64,000 bases of DNA, taken from assembly GCA_965249485.1 (NCBI GenBank), contig OZ252239.1:2400001-2464000 (forward strand), given 5' to 3'. This DNA comes from a bacterium. Its GTDB lineage: Bacteria; SM23-31. The notes beneath the pieces were generated by a model, which was given only the letters and a program-made list of their open reading frames with translations, did not search any database and was not told where the DNA came from. Made by a program: the position numbers and the translations under genes. How positions within the stretch are numbered: the first letter of the stretch is position 1; every line of letters starts with the position of its first letter. Shown in pieces: positions 31,808-42,663 of this stretch.

Positions 31808-32027
31808 TTTTACGATGCGATAGAAATGAGTATCTAATTGATTTACTTTACCGTTTCTGCAATATAGTATTTTCCAATTCTCAGTGTTGATGTAAAAAAA
31901 TTAAGACAAACAACGTGCCTTTCCTTCATTTGAAATGTGAACTTGACAATTTACCTAATAATATGTATCGGTCAAGAGATTTTTAAAATTAATGAAAAGG
32001 CACTATTGCATGATTAGGGAGAACGTC

Positions 32028-33395
32028 ATGGTATCTCGGGTAATTTTGTTTTTATTTGCTTTGATGTTCACAGTTCCTGTTGTCAACGCACAACAACCGC
32101 TACCACAGCGCACACCGGAGACAGATGCAGAAGCGCTCAGTCTGATGAGAAGCGAAAAACTTGACCTTACTCTGCCGGGAGCAATGCGCGATAATGATGT
32201 GGATATGTGGATCCAGGTTAGCCGGGAAGGTTGGGACCCAATGGCCTTACAATTTGGAAGAACCTCCGGTTTCCTGATATTTACAGATTTAGGTGACAGG
32301 ATTGAACGGGCGATGTTTGGTAGCGCAGGTGCTGTTGAAAATATTGATGTCCGTGGCTCTCTTGAGTTCAGCTTAGCTGTATCCGGTTATGATCATCCAC
32401 CGGATGTCTACGAAGAATTAACAGGATTTGTTGCTGAACGTGATCCGAAAACTATTGCAGTCAATTATTCCGAATGGCTCCCTGTGGCAGACGGGATTTC
32501 GCATACCCAATTTCTGAAATTGGAAAGAATCTTAGGAGCAAAATATTCAAAGAGAATTGAGTCTGCAGAGAATCTTATTACAGATTTTATAGTAAGAAGG
32601 ACCGCTCGAGAGGTTGCAGCGCAGGTCGAAGTTTTGGCGCTCGCCCGTCAGAGAGCGTTACAAAAAATCGCCACAATTGTACCAGGTGTGACGACAGTAC
32701 GGGAAGCCGGCGCACGGGTTTACTATTCAGCTACAACCAAACCTGAAGAAACAGTAAAAGACTTTCCACCTGATATTCGGTTTTTCATTCCGAATCCTGA
32801 CTATGTTTTACAACGAGGAGACTTATTTGTCGGCGGCGAAGGTGCTCCTGAGGGTGACTATATGGGTTTTGGAGTAGACACGAAAATTCATTGTTATATT
32901 TTGAGAGAAGGGGAAACAAAAGTCCCCAATTTTATACAAAAGGTTTTTGATAAAGCGATAGCGGGCCAATGGATTTTGCGCGAAGGTATGAAAGTCGGTA
33001 TGACTGCTAAGGAATCATTGGATATTATGGTCAAACTTATGGAAGATGAAGGCTATATTTATACACCTTTTAGAGACATAGGTCCTGAAGATTATATAAT
33101 GATCCAGAGGGAACTCGCTGGAAAAGGAACTGATGTTGCAGGGTTTTCCATTGATAATCATACGTTTGGCAATTTTCGCGAAGTCGGGCCCTCAATGGCG
33201 GCCTTTCGGTCAACCTCTCATCATTTGAAAATTCAGGAGAATCGTATTTTTGCTTTTGAATATATGGTTCATATGAATATTGCTGAACGGCCTGGTTATC
33301 CACTCGCTTTCAATATTTCAAATCCTCAAATCGTAACCAGCAGAGGAGTTGAATTTATATAGCCACTAAATGAGAAAATTGTGCTGATCCGTTAA
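32028..33395 (+). pseudogene. M24-fold paralog 2, premature TAG at 33360-33362 removing the last 11 residues
   Basis: GVEFI-TAG-PLNEKIVLIR-TAA versus GVEFIQPLNEKIVLIK in paralog 1. Confidence 0.8.
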
Positions 33396-33481
33396 ACTTA
33401 ACGTTATAAGAGTGCGAGAGTTGTTCCTACTGTTTATTACATTTTATGTGCCGAATATGAAGCAAAAGATCTCCATTTAAT

Positions 33482-33519
33482 AATAAAAGGGCTGGTTTAT
33501 ATAAACCAGCCTTTTTATT
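33482..33519. terminator. bidirectional intrinsic terminator
   Basis: AATAAAAGGGCTGGTTTA-ta-TAAACCAGCCTTTTTATT. Confidence 0.75.
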
Positions 33520-33776
33520 GAAATTGCAATCATTAACTGCGATAATTAACATTAATATTACGTTTTCCTTCTTCATTCGACTGATATTACAGAAAATGCT
33601 TGAAATTGCGAATATCAAATCTTACTATTAAATGTTTCCTCTATGTTTCTGCGATGAATTCCCAAGTCACATACGTTTTATGACCAAATAAATGCGACAA
33701 TTATGATTTAACATAATCTGTCTACCCACGAAAAATTTAATACATAGTTACTCATTAAGATTGAGAGGGTCTCGAA

Positions 33777-35243
33777 ATGGTTAATCGCATATTGTTTTTT
33801 TTGATTTCTTTGATGTTTGCCGTGCCTTGTGTCAATGCGCAGCCTGGTGTGCATACATCAAATACGGGTGGAGAAGTTCTACGTCTTATAAGAAATGAAA
33901 AACTTGATCTTATATTACCAGGAGCAATGCGTGACAATAATGTGGATATGTGGATTCATGTCACTCGTCCCGGAGACCCTGATCCACTGGCTCCTCAATT
34001 TGGCTCGACATCCGGTTATTTGATATTTACGGACCTGGGGGACAAGATTGAGCGTGCTGCTTTTGGTTCATCTGGAGCTGTTGAAAATATTGATGTACGT
34101 GGTTCCACGAATATTGGGCAAGCTATCAGTGGTATTAACTATAACAATATGGACCCTCGGCAGGGTTTTACGATTCCAGAAGTCTATGATGAGTTAACAG
34201 AATTTGTTGCCGAACGTGATCCAAAAACAATAGCAGTAAATTACTCCGATTGGCTTACTACGGCTGATGGGATTTCACATACTGCATATCTTAAACTGCA
34301 AACAATTTTAGGGGCAAAGTATTCTGCGAGAATCATCTCCGCAGAGAATGTCATAACAGATTTCCTATTGCGAAGAACTCTTCGGGAAATTACAGCTCAG
34401 ACAAACACATTGGAATTGAGCCGCCAGATTGCCGCGGAGGCTTTATCCCTTATAAAACCGGAAGTAACAACGATACGGGATATAACATGGTGGGCAAGGG
34501 AGGAAGCATTCAAACGTGGCTTAAGAGGCTATAGTACCTGGTCACCGGGAGGTATCCGACTTTACTACTCTGCAAAATCAGAACGAATTGAACCGCCAGA
34601 TGCACGGCACTGGATCCGTCATGGCGACTATGTATTTCAACGGGGTGATTTTTTTGCTTTGCATGGTGGGGTCAATTATCTGGGATTTGGGACAGATACC
34701 AAAACTCATGCATATATTATGAGAGAAGGGGAAACGAGTGTTCCCGAGAGTATACAGTATGCCTATGATCAGGCTATAAAAGCTATAGGCATTATGCGGC
34801 CGCATGTAAGAGTTGGAATGACAGCCGGGGAATCATTACGTGCTATGGTCAGAGCTGTGGAGGAAGAAGGCTATATATATACAGAACTAACAGATTCACG
34901 GGGACCATTACCTGACGGCTCAAAAACGAGAGACTATTCAATTATTCAAGAGGCACTCGCAAATACCGATAAGTCGGGAATTTATATTGATTTTCACTCT
35001 ATGGGTAATAATGGCAGTGGTTTGAACTATCCCGGACCATCAATGGCGGCATTTCGACCGGACATGGCTCATTTGAAAATTCAAGAGAACCATATCTTTG
35101 CATTTGAATATGCGGTCCATACGAACCTCCCTGAAAGACCCGGTTATCCGATTTCTATTAATATTTCGAATCCCCAGGTTGTGTCGAGCCGGGGAGTTGA
35201 ATTTATTCAGCCCACGAATGAAAAAATCGTACTGATCCATTAA
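33777..35243 (+). CDS. secreted M24-fold paralog 3
   Basis: Same motif set as paralog 1. Confidence 0.8.
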   Translation: MVNRILFFLISLMFAVPCVNAQPGVHTSNTGGEVLRLIRNEKLDLILPGAMRDNNVDMWIHVTRPGDPDPLAPQFGSTSGYLIFTDLGDKIERAAFGSSGAVENIDVRGSTNIGQAISGINYNNMDPRQGFTIPEVYDELTEFVAERDPKTIAVNYSDWLTTADGISHTAYLKLQTILGAKYSARIISAENVITDFLLRRTLREITAQTNTLELSRQIAAEALSLIKPEVTTIRDITWWAREEAFKRGLRGYSTWSPGGIRLYYSAKSERIEPPDARHWIRHGDYVFQRGDFFALHGGVNYLGFGTDTKTHAYIMREGETSVPESIQYAYDQAIKAIGIMRPHVRVGMTAGESLRAMVRAVEEEGYIYTELTDSRGPLPDGSKTRDYSIIQEALANTDKSGIYIDFHSMGNNGSGLNYPGPSMAAFRPDMAHLKIQENHIFAFEYAVHTNLPERPGYPISINISNPQVVSSRGVEFIQPTNEKIVLIH

Positions 35244-35279
35244 ACTTCAAACAATGAGACTATAGGGTATAATACTAAA

Positions 35280-36164
35280 ATGAAAAATGATAAGAAACTG
35301 ATCCCTCAGATTGATGGTGAATGGTGGACAATAGCCGGTATTCCGGATCTTGGTCCCTACAATACAGAAAATCAGGAGCCGGTAGATTTCGGCATATGGC
35401 AGGCAGCCGATCAAACCTGGCAGTTATGTTCTTGTGTTCGCCATACTGGTTGTGGCGGAAATACAAGGTTGCTCTACCGCTGGCAATCCGATTCGTTGAC
35501 AAATGAAAACTGGACACCTATGGGAATTACCATGGAAGCAGACCCTAACTTCGGAGAAACAGCCGGAGGTCTCCAGGCGCCGTTTGTCTATAAACATGAA
35601 AATCTGTATTACATGTTTTATGGTGACTGGGTAAATATCTGTATGGCATGGAGCAGTGATGGGAAATCGTTCGCACGCCTTCTGAACGCGGATAACCTAA
35701 GCGGCCTTTTTACGGAGGGTCATCGATCAAGTTCAAGAGACCCGATGATTATGGCTTTTAGGAATAAATTTTATTTATACTATACCGGTGTACCGGAAGG
35801 TGAGGGAAGAGTCTATTGCAGAACGTCTGATGATTTATATAACTGGGGAGATTCAATTATTGTTTCAAGCGGCGGCAGTGCCGGAAGCGGTCCAGAGGAT
35901 GCTGAATGCCCATTTGTGCTATACCTGCCTGAAGAACAAAATTTTTACTTATTCAGGGTCAAAGTACATAAAGAATGTCATACTACCATTTACTGTTCAA
36001 ATGATCCTCTGAATTTTGGTATTGATGATGATAAATACAAAGTTTGTACGTTACCATATCAGGCAATGAGAATTATTCATCATGACCGGCAATACTTCGC
36101 TGCTGTGCTCAATCCGGAATATAATGGAATGAGAATGGCAAGACTGAAATGGGTACGTCCTTAA
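35280..36164 (+). CDS. five-bladed beta-propeller glycoside hydrolase-like protein (GH32/43/117-type)
   Basis: PVDF, QAPFV, RDPM, ECPFV acidic blade motifs. Confidence 0.7.
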   Translation: MKNDKKLIPQIDGEWWTIAGIPDLGPYNTENQEPVDFGIWQAADQTWQLCSCVRHTGCGGNTRLLYRWQSDSLTNENWTPMGITMEADPNFGETAGGLQAPFVYKHENLYYMFYGDWVNICMAWSSDGKSFARLLNADNLSGLFTEGHRSSSRDPMIMAFRNKFYLYYTGVPEGEGRVYCRTSDDLYNWGDSIIVSSGGSAGSGPEDAECPFVLYLPEEQNFYLFRVKVHKECHTTIYCSNDPLNFGIDDDKYKVCTLPYQAMRIIHHDRQYFAAVLNPEYNGMRMARLKWVRP

Positions 36165-36324
36165 CAATTGAACAGAGAAATGTTCAAGTCCTGTTAGTGT
36201 TAACAACTATAGATTTACCATAATCTTCGTATTACTGCTTGATTTCTGCAAAATATCCTTTTTGAGATATATAAAAGAGAAAAAGGGATACCTTTTAATA
36301 ATTGCAAACAAGGAGAATGGAACC

Positions 36325-37965
36325 ATGCTCAAGCATAATTATTTTGTTGTAACTTCTCTCCTTTTGTTCAGTCTTACGTTTTTTTATTGTTCTGCCGAAG
36401 ATGGCCAAATTGAAATGGTCGTGAATAGCACGTATGACGATCTTGTCAGTCTATTTCTCGAATTTCGTGAGTTTCAGCAGGTAAAAATCATCAATGGTGT
36501 TCCTGATTACACAGCTGCTGCAATGGATGAGCAAAAGCGTGGTTTGAAAACATTTCAAAGTCAGCTTGCTGCGTTTAATATTAAAGACTGGCCGGTTTCA
36601 CAACAGGTCGATTACCATTTGGTACGAGCTGAAATGAACGGGCTCGATTTCTTTCATCGGGTTCTCCGTCCCTGGTCGCGTGACCCCCTTTATTACATGC
36701 CAAATCAGGGGGGCTCTGTATTCAGAATGACCGGATTGTCCAGCCTTAGGCGGACCAGACTTCCTTTATCTCCTGACAGATTGCCGGAATTTCGAATAAC
36801 ACTGCAAGCCGTTCCCGCAATATATGAGCAGGCAAAAGAAAACCTGAGAGATGTACCTGAGGATTTTACAAATCTTGCTATCCATTTCATTGACCGAGAA
36901 GCGTCCAACTACTACAACCTCGCAGTTCAACTCGCAGAACACCATCCTGAACTGGTTACCAGCGCTGAACAGGCCGCCAATGCGGTGATTGACTATGGAA
37001 AATGGCTTGAGGATAACAAAAGCAGTATGACCGGTCCGGTAGGTATTGGGGTAGAAAACTATAATTGGTGGCTGAAAAATGTACATCTTTTTCCCTATAC
37101 ATGGGAAGAGTGTATGACCATTGTACAGCATGAATACAGCCGCATAATAACCTTTCTGGAATTAGAAGAAAACAGGAACCGTGATCTTCCTCCACTTGAA
37201 GTAGCGGATACAGAAAAGGAATATTACCGCCGCCTCGATATTGCTCTCAATAGTGTTGTTACGTTCCTCCGTGATGAAGAAATATTAACAGTCCCCGATT
37301 GGCTGGATCCCGCAGACTACATTGATCCTAATAAACCCAGGAGACCACTTCCGACGAGTAATACTATTGACCACAGAGCCCGTGAACGCGAAGTACTGCC
37401 CGGTGAAACACATGAATTTATTGGCCATCTTTTTGATCGACAGAGGACCGAACGTGACGAACGTCCGATCCGCGGGGCACAACGACTTTATAATATGGAT
37501 TGGATCCGTTCGGAAGGGTGGGCAGCCTCATTGGAAGAACTGTTGATGCAAGCTGGTGTTCTCGACAATAGGCTGCAACGAGGAAGGGAAGTTGAGTACC
37601 TCATGAATGCTTCACATATGAGCCTTTCATTACCCGATCTGAAGTTGCACAACAACGAAATCAATTATACCGAAATGAGAAAACTCTGTGCCGAGATTAT
37701 GCCGTACAAATGGTCTGATGAAGATGATCGTATGGTGTGGCATGAAATGCAGACGAACCTGCGTTCTCCGGGTTTTCATACTGGTGTAGTCGTTGGTAAA
37801 GCCCATTTCACGAAACTGTTAAAAGACCGGGCTATGCAGTTAGGGGAAGATTTTGTTCTGCGTGATTTTGTTGATGAGTTTCTGGCAGCAGGTGAAATAC
37901 CCATGGCGCTCACAAGGTGGGAAATGACCGGTTATGATGATGAGATGAAAAAGTTGTTACAATGA
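36325..37965 (+). CDS. DUF885-like exported protein (probable lipoprotein), copy A
   Basis: QVDYHLVRAEM, PWSRDP, HEFIGH...SEGWA, FxLRDFVDEFLAAGEIP. Confidence 0.7.
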   Translation: MLKHNYFVVTSLLLFSLTFFYCSAEDGQIEMVVNSTYDDLVSLFLEFREFQQVKIINGVPDYTAAAMDEQKRGLKTFQSQLAAFNIKDWPVSQQVDYHLVRAEMNGLDFFHRVLRPWSRDPLYYMPNQGGSVFRMTGLSSLRRTRLPLSPDRLPEFRITLQAVPAIYEQAKENLRDVPEDFTNLAIHFIDREASNYYNLAVQLAEHHPELVTSAEQAANAVIDYGKWLEDNKSSMTGPVGIGVENYNWWLKNVHLFPYTWEECMTIVQHEYSRIITFLELEENRNRDLPPLEVADTEKEYYRRLDIALNSVVTFLRDEEILTVPDWLDPADYIDPNKPRRPLPTSNTIDHRAREREVLPGETHEFIGHLFDRQRTERDERPIRGAQRLYNMDWIRSEGWAASLEELLMQAGVLDNRLQRGREVEYLMNASHMSLSLPDLKLHNNEINYTEMRKLCAEIMPYKWSDEDDRMVWHEMQTNLRSPGFHTGVVVGKAHFTKLLKDRAMQLGEDFVLRDFVDEFLAAGEIPMALTRWEMTGYDDEMKKLLQ

Positions 37966-38293
37966 TATGCTGCTACAGTTCTCTGAGCACATGTAAAATA
38001 ATTTTTAAATTCAACTCACATAGTCCGATTTGTTCTTCATTGAACGAATTTATGGAGATTAAGAATGATAACGTCGTCAACAAATTTAAGAATACGCAGT
38101 TCAATAATTTTATACCACGCAACAATTGCTAAAGTAACTCTATATAAAAATGACGTAAAGTAAATATAGATAATATATTACGGAATATTTAATTCGCTTT
38201 TATTTTTGACAATTTACAATAATATAATTGAACTTGATTACATTTTTGAATCGAGTTCTTCCAGGTTATCCTGTTGAAGAAGCTTAATGTTTA

Positions 38294-39871
38294 CTACCGT
38301 TTTTTGGCTTTGACAACGACCGGTCTTGCTCCCCTATTCTGTTCTTTGAATCTCCTCAGAATCAATTCTGCCTCAATGAATGGCACGGTAATAAAAGAGA
38401 AATCCTTCATAACCCGCACATTATTGATCTTACGGTCGCTGATCTTTGCTTTCTTTTTAATGAATTCCACGAGTTTACGTTTGGTCATATTGTCTCTGGT
38501 ACCGCGCGCTACGAGTAGCTGTGTTTCACCTTGAATAGCCGGCTGTATGTCACGAATCTCGTTGTAGCTGCTGGGATCGAATTCATCCTCAAAGGCATGT
38601 TTCAGCAGAGCCGCCATTGCTATTTCAGGATCATTTCCTTTCAGCAGCTGTCGGGACATTGTTAAAATATCAACAGGAATATCTTCTTTTGAAATTCTTT
38701 CAACTTCTTTCTTGAGTCGAGAACTTTTTACCTGTATGATATCTTTGATATTTGGCAGATGTTTTTTGCGTATTTCGGTACTAGCGATTTTTTGAATTTG
38801 CATAAGTTTCCGGTATTCCGAAGGCGTAATAAAAGTGATTGCAGTTCCTTCTTTGCCCGCTCGTCCCGTTCGGCCAATACGGTGAATATATGATTCAGTA
38901 TTCTGAGGCAGCGAATAATTGATAACATGCGTTAGATTCTGAACATCAATTCCCCGTGCCGCAACATCGGAAGCGATGAGTACGTTGACCCGCTGTTTTT
39001 TAAACTGTTCGAGGATTTTCTCCCGTTGTCCCTGTGAAAAATCGCCATGCAGTGCGGCGGCTTCATATCCACGTTCGAGCAGATGCGAAGCAACTTCGTT
39101 GACATCCACCTTTGTTCTGCAAAATACCAATCCGTAAAAGTACTCTTCGAAATCCATAATCCGGCAAAGTGCTTCAAATTTATCTTTTGCAGCTACTTCA
39201 AAATATATCTGGTCAGTCAGGTCAACGGGAGCTTGTTTTTGTTCGATAAGGATCTTCTCATAACCACGCATGTATTTCTTAGCAACTTTGTCAATTACCT
39301 TAGGCATTGTGGCCGAAAAGAGCAGCGTTATCCTGTTACTGTTTGTTTTCCCAAGAATGAGGTCAATATCCTCGATAAAGCCCATATTGAGCATCTCGTC
39401 CGCTTCATCCAAAACAACATAAGAAACACTGTTGAGGTTCAGCCGTTTTCGCTTGATATGATCGAGAACCCTTCCGGGCGTTCCAACGACAATGTCTACT
39501 CCCTTCTTGAGACGCTTAGTCTGTTGTTGAATTGACTGTCCGCCATAGATTGGTGTTATCTGTAAGTTTTTCTGGCCTTTAAGCGAATACAACTCTTCCG
39601 ATACCTGTATGGCAAGCTCCCGTGTAGGTACTAAAACGAGTACCTGAACAAAATCTGACCTGTCTGCGATGTTCTCAATGATCGGTATACCATACGCAGC
39701 GGTTTTGCCGGTTCCGGTCTGAGCCTGTCCGACCAGATCGCGGGAAGTGTTGAGAATAAGAGGCGTTATCTTTTCCTGTATGGGTGTAGGCTCCTCGAAT
39801 CCTTTTTTTTCTAACGCCTGAAGCATGTTTTCCGAAAGTCCTAAATTCCTAAATTTTTCAAGTTTCTTCAT
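38294..39871 (-). CDS. DEAD-box RNA helicase with DbpA-type C-terminal RNA-binding domain (DeaD/CshA-like)
   Basis: AQTGTGKT, PTRELA, DEAD, SAT, HRIGRTGRAG. Confidence 0.95.
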   Translation of the reverse strand: MKKLEKFRNLGLSENMLQALEKKGFEEPTPIQEKITPLILNTSRDLVGQAQTGTGKTAAYGIPIIENIADRSDFVQVLVLVPTRELAIQVSEELYSLKGQKNLQITPIYGGQSIQQQTKRLKKGVDIVVGTPGRVLDHIKRKRLNLNSVSYVVLDEADEMLNMGFIEDIDLILGKTNSNRITLLFSATMPKVIDKVAKKYMRGYEKILIEQKQAPVDLTDQIYFEVAAKDKFEALCRIMDFEEYFYGLVFCRTKVDVNEVASHLLERGYEAAALHGDFSQGQREKILEQFKKQRVNVLIASDVAARGIDVQNLTHVINYSLPQNTESYIHRIGRTGRAGKEGTAITFITPSEYRKLMQIQKIASTEIRKKHLPNIKDIIQVKSSRLKKEVERISKEDIPVDILTMSRQLLKGNDPEIAMAALLKHAFEDEFDPSSYNEIRDIQPAIQGETQLLVARGTRDNMTKRKLVEFIKKKAKISDRKINNVRVMKDFSFITVPFIEAELILRRFKEQNRGARPVVVKAKKR

Positions 39872-40408
39872 TAATACCACTCTTTATATTGATTTGGTTT
39901 TGTCAAAATATCAGAGCATGTGGTAATGCAATTTCTTCACATAGTGATATAGTATCTGATATTTCCCATATCAATTCTTTAAAGAGTTTGACATGGATTT
40001 TATAATAGTACCAAGTTAACTAATGAACCTTTCAATTCAAACAGCAAAAGTCATTGGAGGAATAAACATATCCTCATTAGTCCTATTAGTTCCATTACCT
40101 GTTCAAAAACATACAATTCAGAGACGCATCTTTATTTGTTTCTTGTCAGGAAAATTAACGTTTTGCAGTACAATAGTGTAATTGATCTAAAAAAAATAGG
40201 TATCCTTGAACAGGTAAGAGGAATTTTGACAAACTGTATAATCTGAAGGAATGGACTGGCATAGTGAGAACAATACTGGATATGTAGACTCTCCATAAAG
40301 CAACCATTTTGAAACCATTCTCTGTATGCGTATTTATGTAATTGTTCTTTAATGTCCGAAATCCTTGATTTTGAACAGTGATTGCTTATATTAACGTTAT
40401 GAATTGTG

Positions 40409-40461
40409 GAGCAAACTACTCACAATCTGTGAGTCGCTGGTTCGAGTCTTGCCGGGCATCA
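40409..40461 (+). pseudogene. degenerate tRNA remnant (Met/Ile2-like)
   Basis: GAGCA...ACTCACAATC...GTCGCTGGTTCGAGTCTTGCCGGGC; T-loop is recognisable but stems are broken and the 5' part is missing. Confidence 0.5.
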
Positions 40462-40601
40462 TTAAATACCATGATTATGTGAAGATATTAAAGTGATTTT
40501 CAAAGACGATACACAAATACTAATAAGTATTTTATATAATGATGTAAAGGTCATAAAATTGATCTTTGAAGGATTCTTTAAAATAAAATTAGGATTGAGA
40601 A

Positions 40602-40943
40602 ATGAGGCCATTGGATTTAGCTCTGAAATATAGGATAATATTCTAATCGGACGGAGACGTTAATAGATTATTTTATTTATTTGCGGATGACTTTACTTTT
40701 AGCGGACCCCTTCACAAATTTGACTCAAGAAAAGATTATATAGAATCGTTAAAATCAGATCCTCCTGTAGGATTTGAATATAAAATAATATCTTCATTTG
40801 AAAATGAATTCTCTGATTGTTTAGTCTATCAAGTTTTGAAACCAGAAATATCTGTCCCAATGGCACAAATATTTAATATTAGTAATAATAAAATTAGTAA
40901 CATTTTGCTCATTTTCGATACACGTGTATTTCTTGATAGTTAA
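40602..40943 (+). pseudogene. SnoaL/NTF2-like small protein with an in-frame TAA at codon 15
   Basis: MRPLDLALKYRIIF*SDGDVNRLFYLFADDFTFSGPL...KISNILLIFDT; absent from the ORF track. Confidence 0.6.
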
Positions 40944-41210
40944 CTTTATCGCAGTATATACCAGATTTTCCCGAATTCTCCTGTGGAACATCATTTCCTT
41001 ACATTTGCAGTATATTTAATTTTAAATACATTATTATATCATTATACAAGTTTACAAAATGTCACACGCGCTCCACAGTTTTATCCAATTGGAATTTTCA
41101 AACATTCTACTTGCGTTTAAATTCCTAAATATACATTATTTTCTCTTGTCATCAATTTAAACACACACAGTTTATTCATTTAAATGAATATTGTTATAGG
41201 AGGTAGTATC

Positions 41211-42545
41211 TTGAGATTTATGCGGTTTCTTCTTGCATTTATTTGCACTCTTTTGCTTGTCAATAATGTAACAGCCCAATCTCTGGAATCAGATGTTATG
41301 ATGGATGTGCTCAATCTGATTCGAACTGAGAAGTTTGATTTCCTATTACCGCATGCCATGAGAGATAATGACGTAGACATGTGGATTCATGTCGTTGGCA
41401 CCAATAACTCTGAAGAAGGTCATCTTGATCCTCTGAGGTTGGATCTGGGTGGTAATACCGGGTATTTTATCTTTACCGATCGTGGTGGAGACAGGATTGA
41501 ACGAGCTGCATTTGGCCGTATTACTTCTGATGTTCGGGCAAGTGGAGCATACGACATCATTGAAGGAAATATTTCGGATGAGGATCTCGCACAATTCGTT
41601 GCCAAGCGCGACCCCCAAAACATTGGCGTAAATTATTCGGAATGGCTTACTATGGCAGACGGCATATCACATACGGATTACACGAGACTGGTCAATGCTG
41701 TCGGTGATAAATATGCGAAAAGGTTTGTGTCCGCCGAGTATGTGATCAACGATTTTCGCTCGATTAGAGTAATGAGTGAAATAGTCTTTTATGGAGAACT
41801 GTGCAGACAAACTGTCAAGGCGGTGGAAAAGGCTTTTGATATGATCGAGCCCGGTGTAACAACACCGAATGATATCGGCCGATGGCTGCGGCACAAAAAC
41901 ATGTCAGGTGGCTATGGTTCGACAATCCAATTTGGTCTACCGGGAGCGTCTGCAAGAAATCTGTTTAGTGGTGAAAGAGTTCCAGGTGATGGTGCTATTC
42001 AGGCTGGCGATCTGGTCAGTATTGACTTTGGTATTATCATGATGAACTACCGCATAGACCTTAAACGGGCTGCGTATGTAATGGGTGACGATGAAACTGT
42101 CATTCCTCCGCAACTGCAGGAAGCCTTCGATGAAGCCATGAAAGCTCGCAAGATTCTCCGTGCAAATGTCAAGGTGGGACGTACTGCTAAAGAGACTAAA
42201 GAAATCATCGGGAATGCTATGAATGCTGCCGGATTTAGCTTTGTTGGGAGTGATGGTGTCACCGATCCAAAAAAGACGACCGTTTCTATCGATCTGCATC
42301 CTCTGGGGCATCAATGGAGTGATGACGCTGTTGGGCCTCGGTTGGCTAATTGGGGATTAGACAGGGAACATCTGAAGATCCCATCGTATTTTCTCTTTGT
42401 TCTGGAATATGTTACAAGAAAACCGGTGCCTGAGTGGGGTGAAGGTAAGAATATCAGCTTATCTATCGAAGATGATGTGGTCGTCACAGAACGTGGAGTT
42501 GAGTTCCTCTATCCACCGATTAAACAGATACGATTGATTCGTTAA
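41211..42545 (+). CDS. secreted M24 metallopeptidase paralog 4 with the full metal-ligand set
   Basis: IDFG..RID, HPLGH, LEY, IEDD (D-D-H-E-E); AGGAGG precedes the TTG at 41211. Confidence 0.85.
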   Translation: MRFMRFLLAFICTLLLVNNVTAQSLESDVMMDVLNLIRTEKFDFLLPHAMRDNDVDMWIHVVGTNNSEEGHLDPLRLDLGGNTGYFIFTDRGGDRIERAAFGRITSDVRASGAYDIIEGNISDEDLAQFVAKRDPQNIGVNYSEWLTMADGISHTDYTRLVNAVGDKYAKRFVSAEYVINDFRSIRVMSEIVFYGELCRQTVKAVEKAFDMIEPGVTTPNDIGRWLRHKNMSGGYGSTIQFGLPGASARNLFSGERVPGDGAIQAGDLVSIDFGIIMMNYRIDLKRAAYVMGDDETVIPPQLQEAFDEAMKARKILRANVKVGRTAKETKEIIGNAMNAAGFSFVGSDGVTDPKKTTVSIDLHPLGHQWSDDAVGPRLANWGLDREHLKIPSYFLFVLEYVTRKPVPEWGEGKNISLSIEDDVVVTERGVEFLYPPIKQIRLIR

Positions 42546-42663
42546 CACCTGGATCAGCAAGTGTTATTTTGATTGAAGTATAGTCGAATTGTAATAATTG
42601 AAACATGATAATCGTATGTAAATAAGCCAGTTAGGTCTATTATTTTGTAAGGGGCAGATGTAA

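Noticed and set aside
38206..38228. TTGACA...TATAAT antisense to the helicase 3' end
   Set aside because: Spacer is only 11 nt
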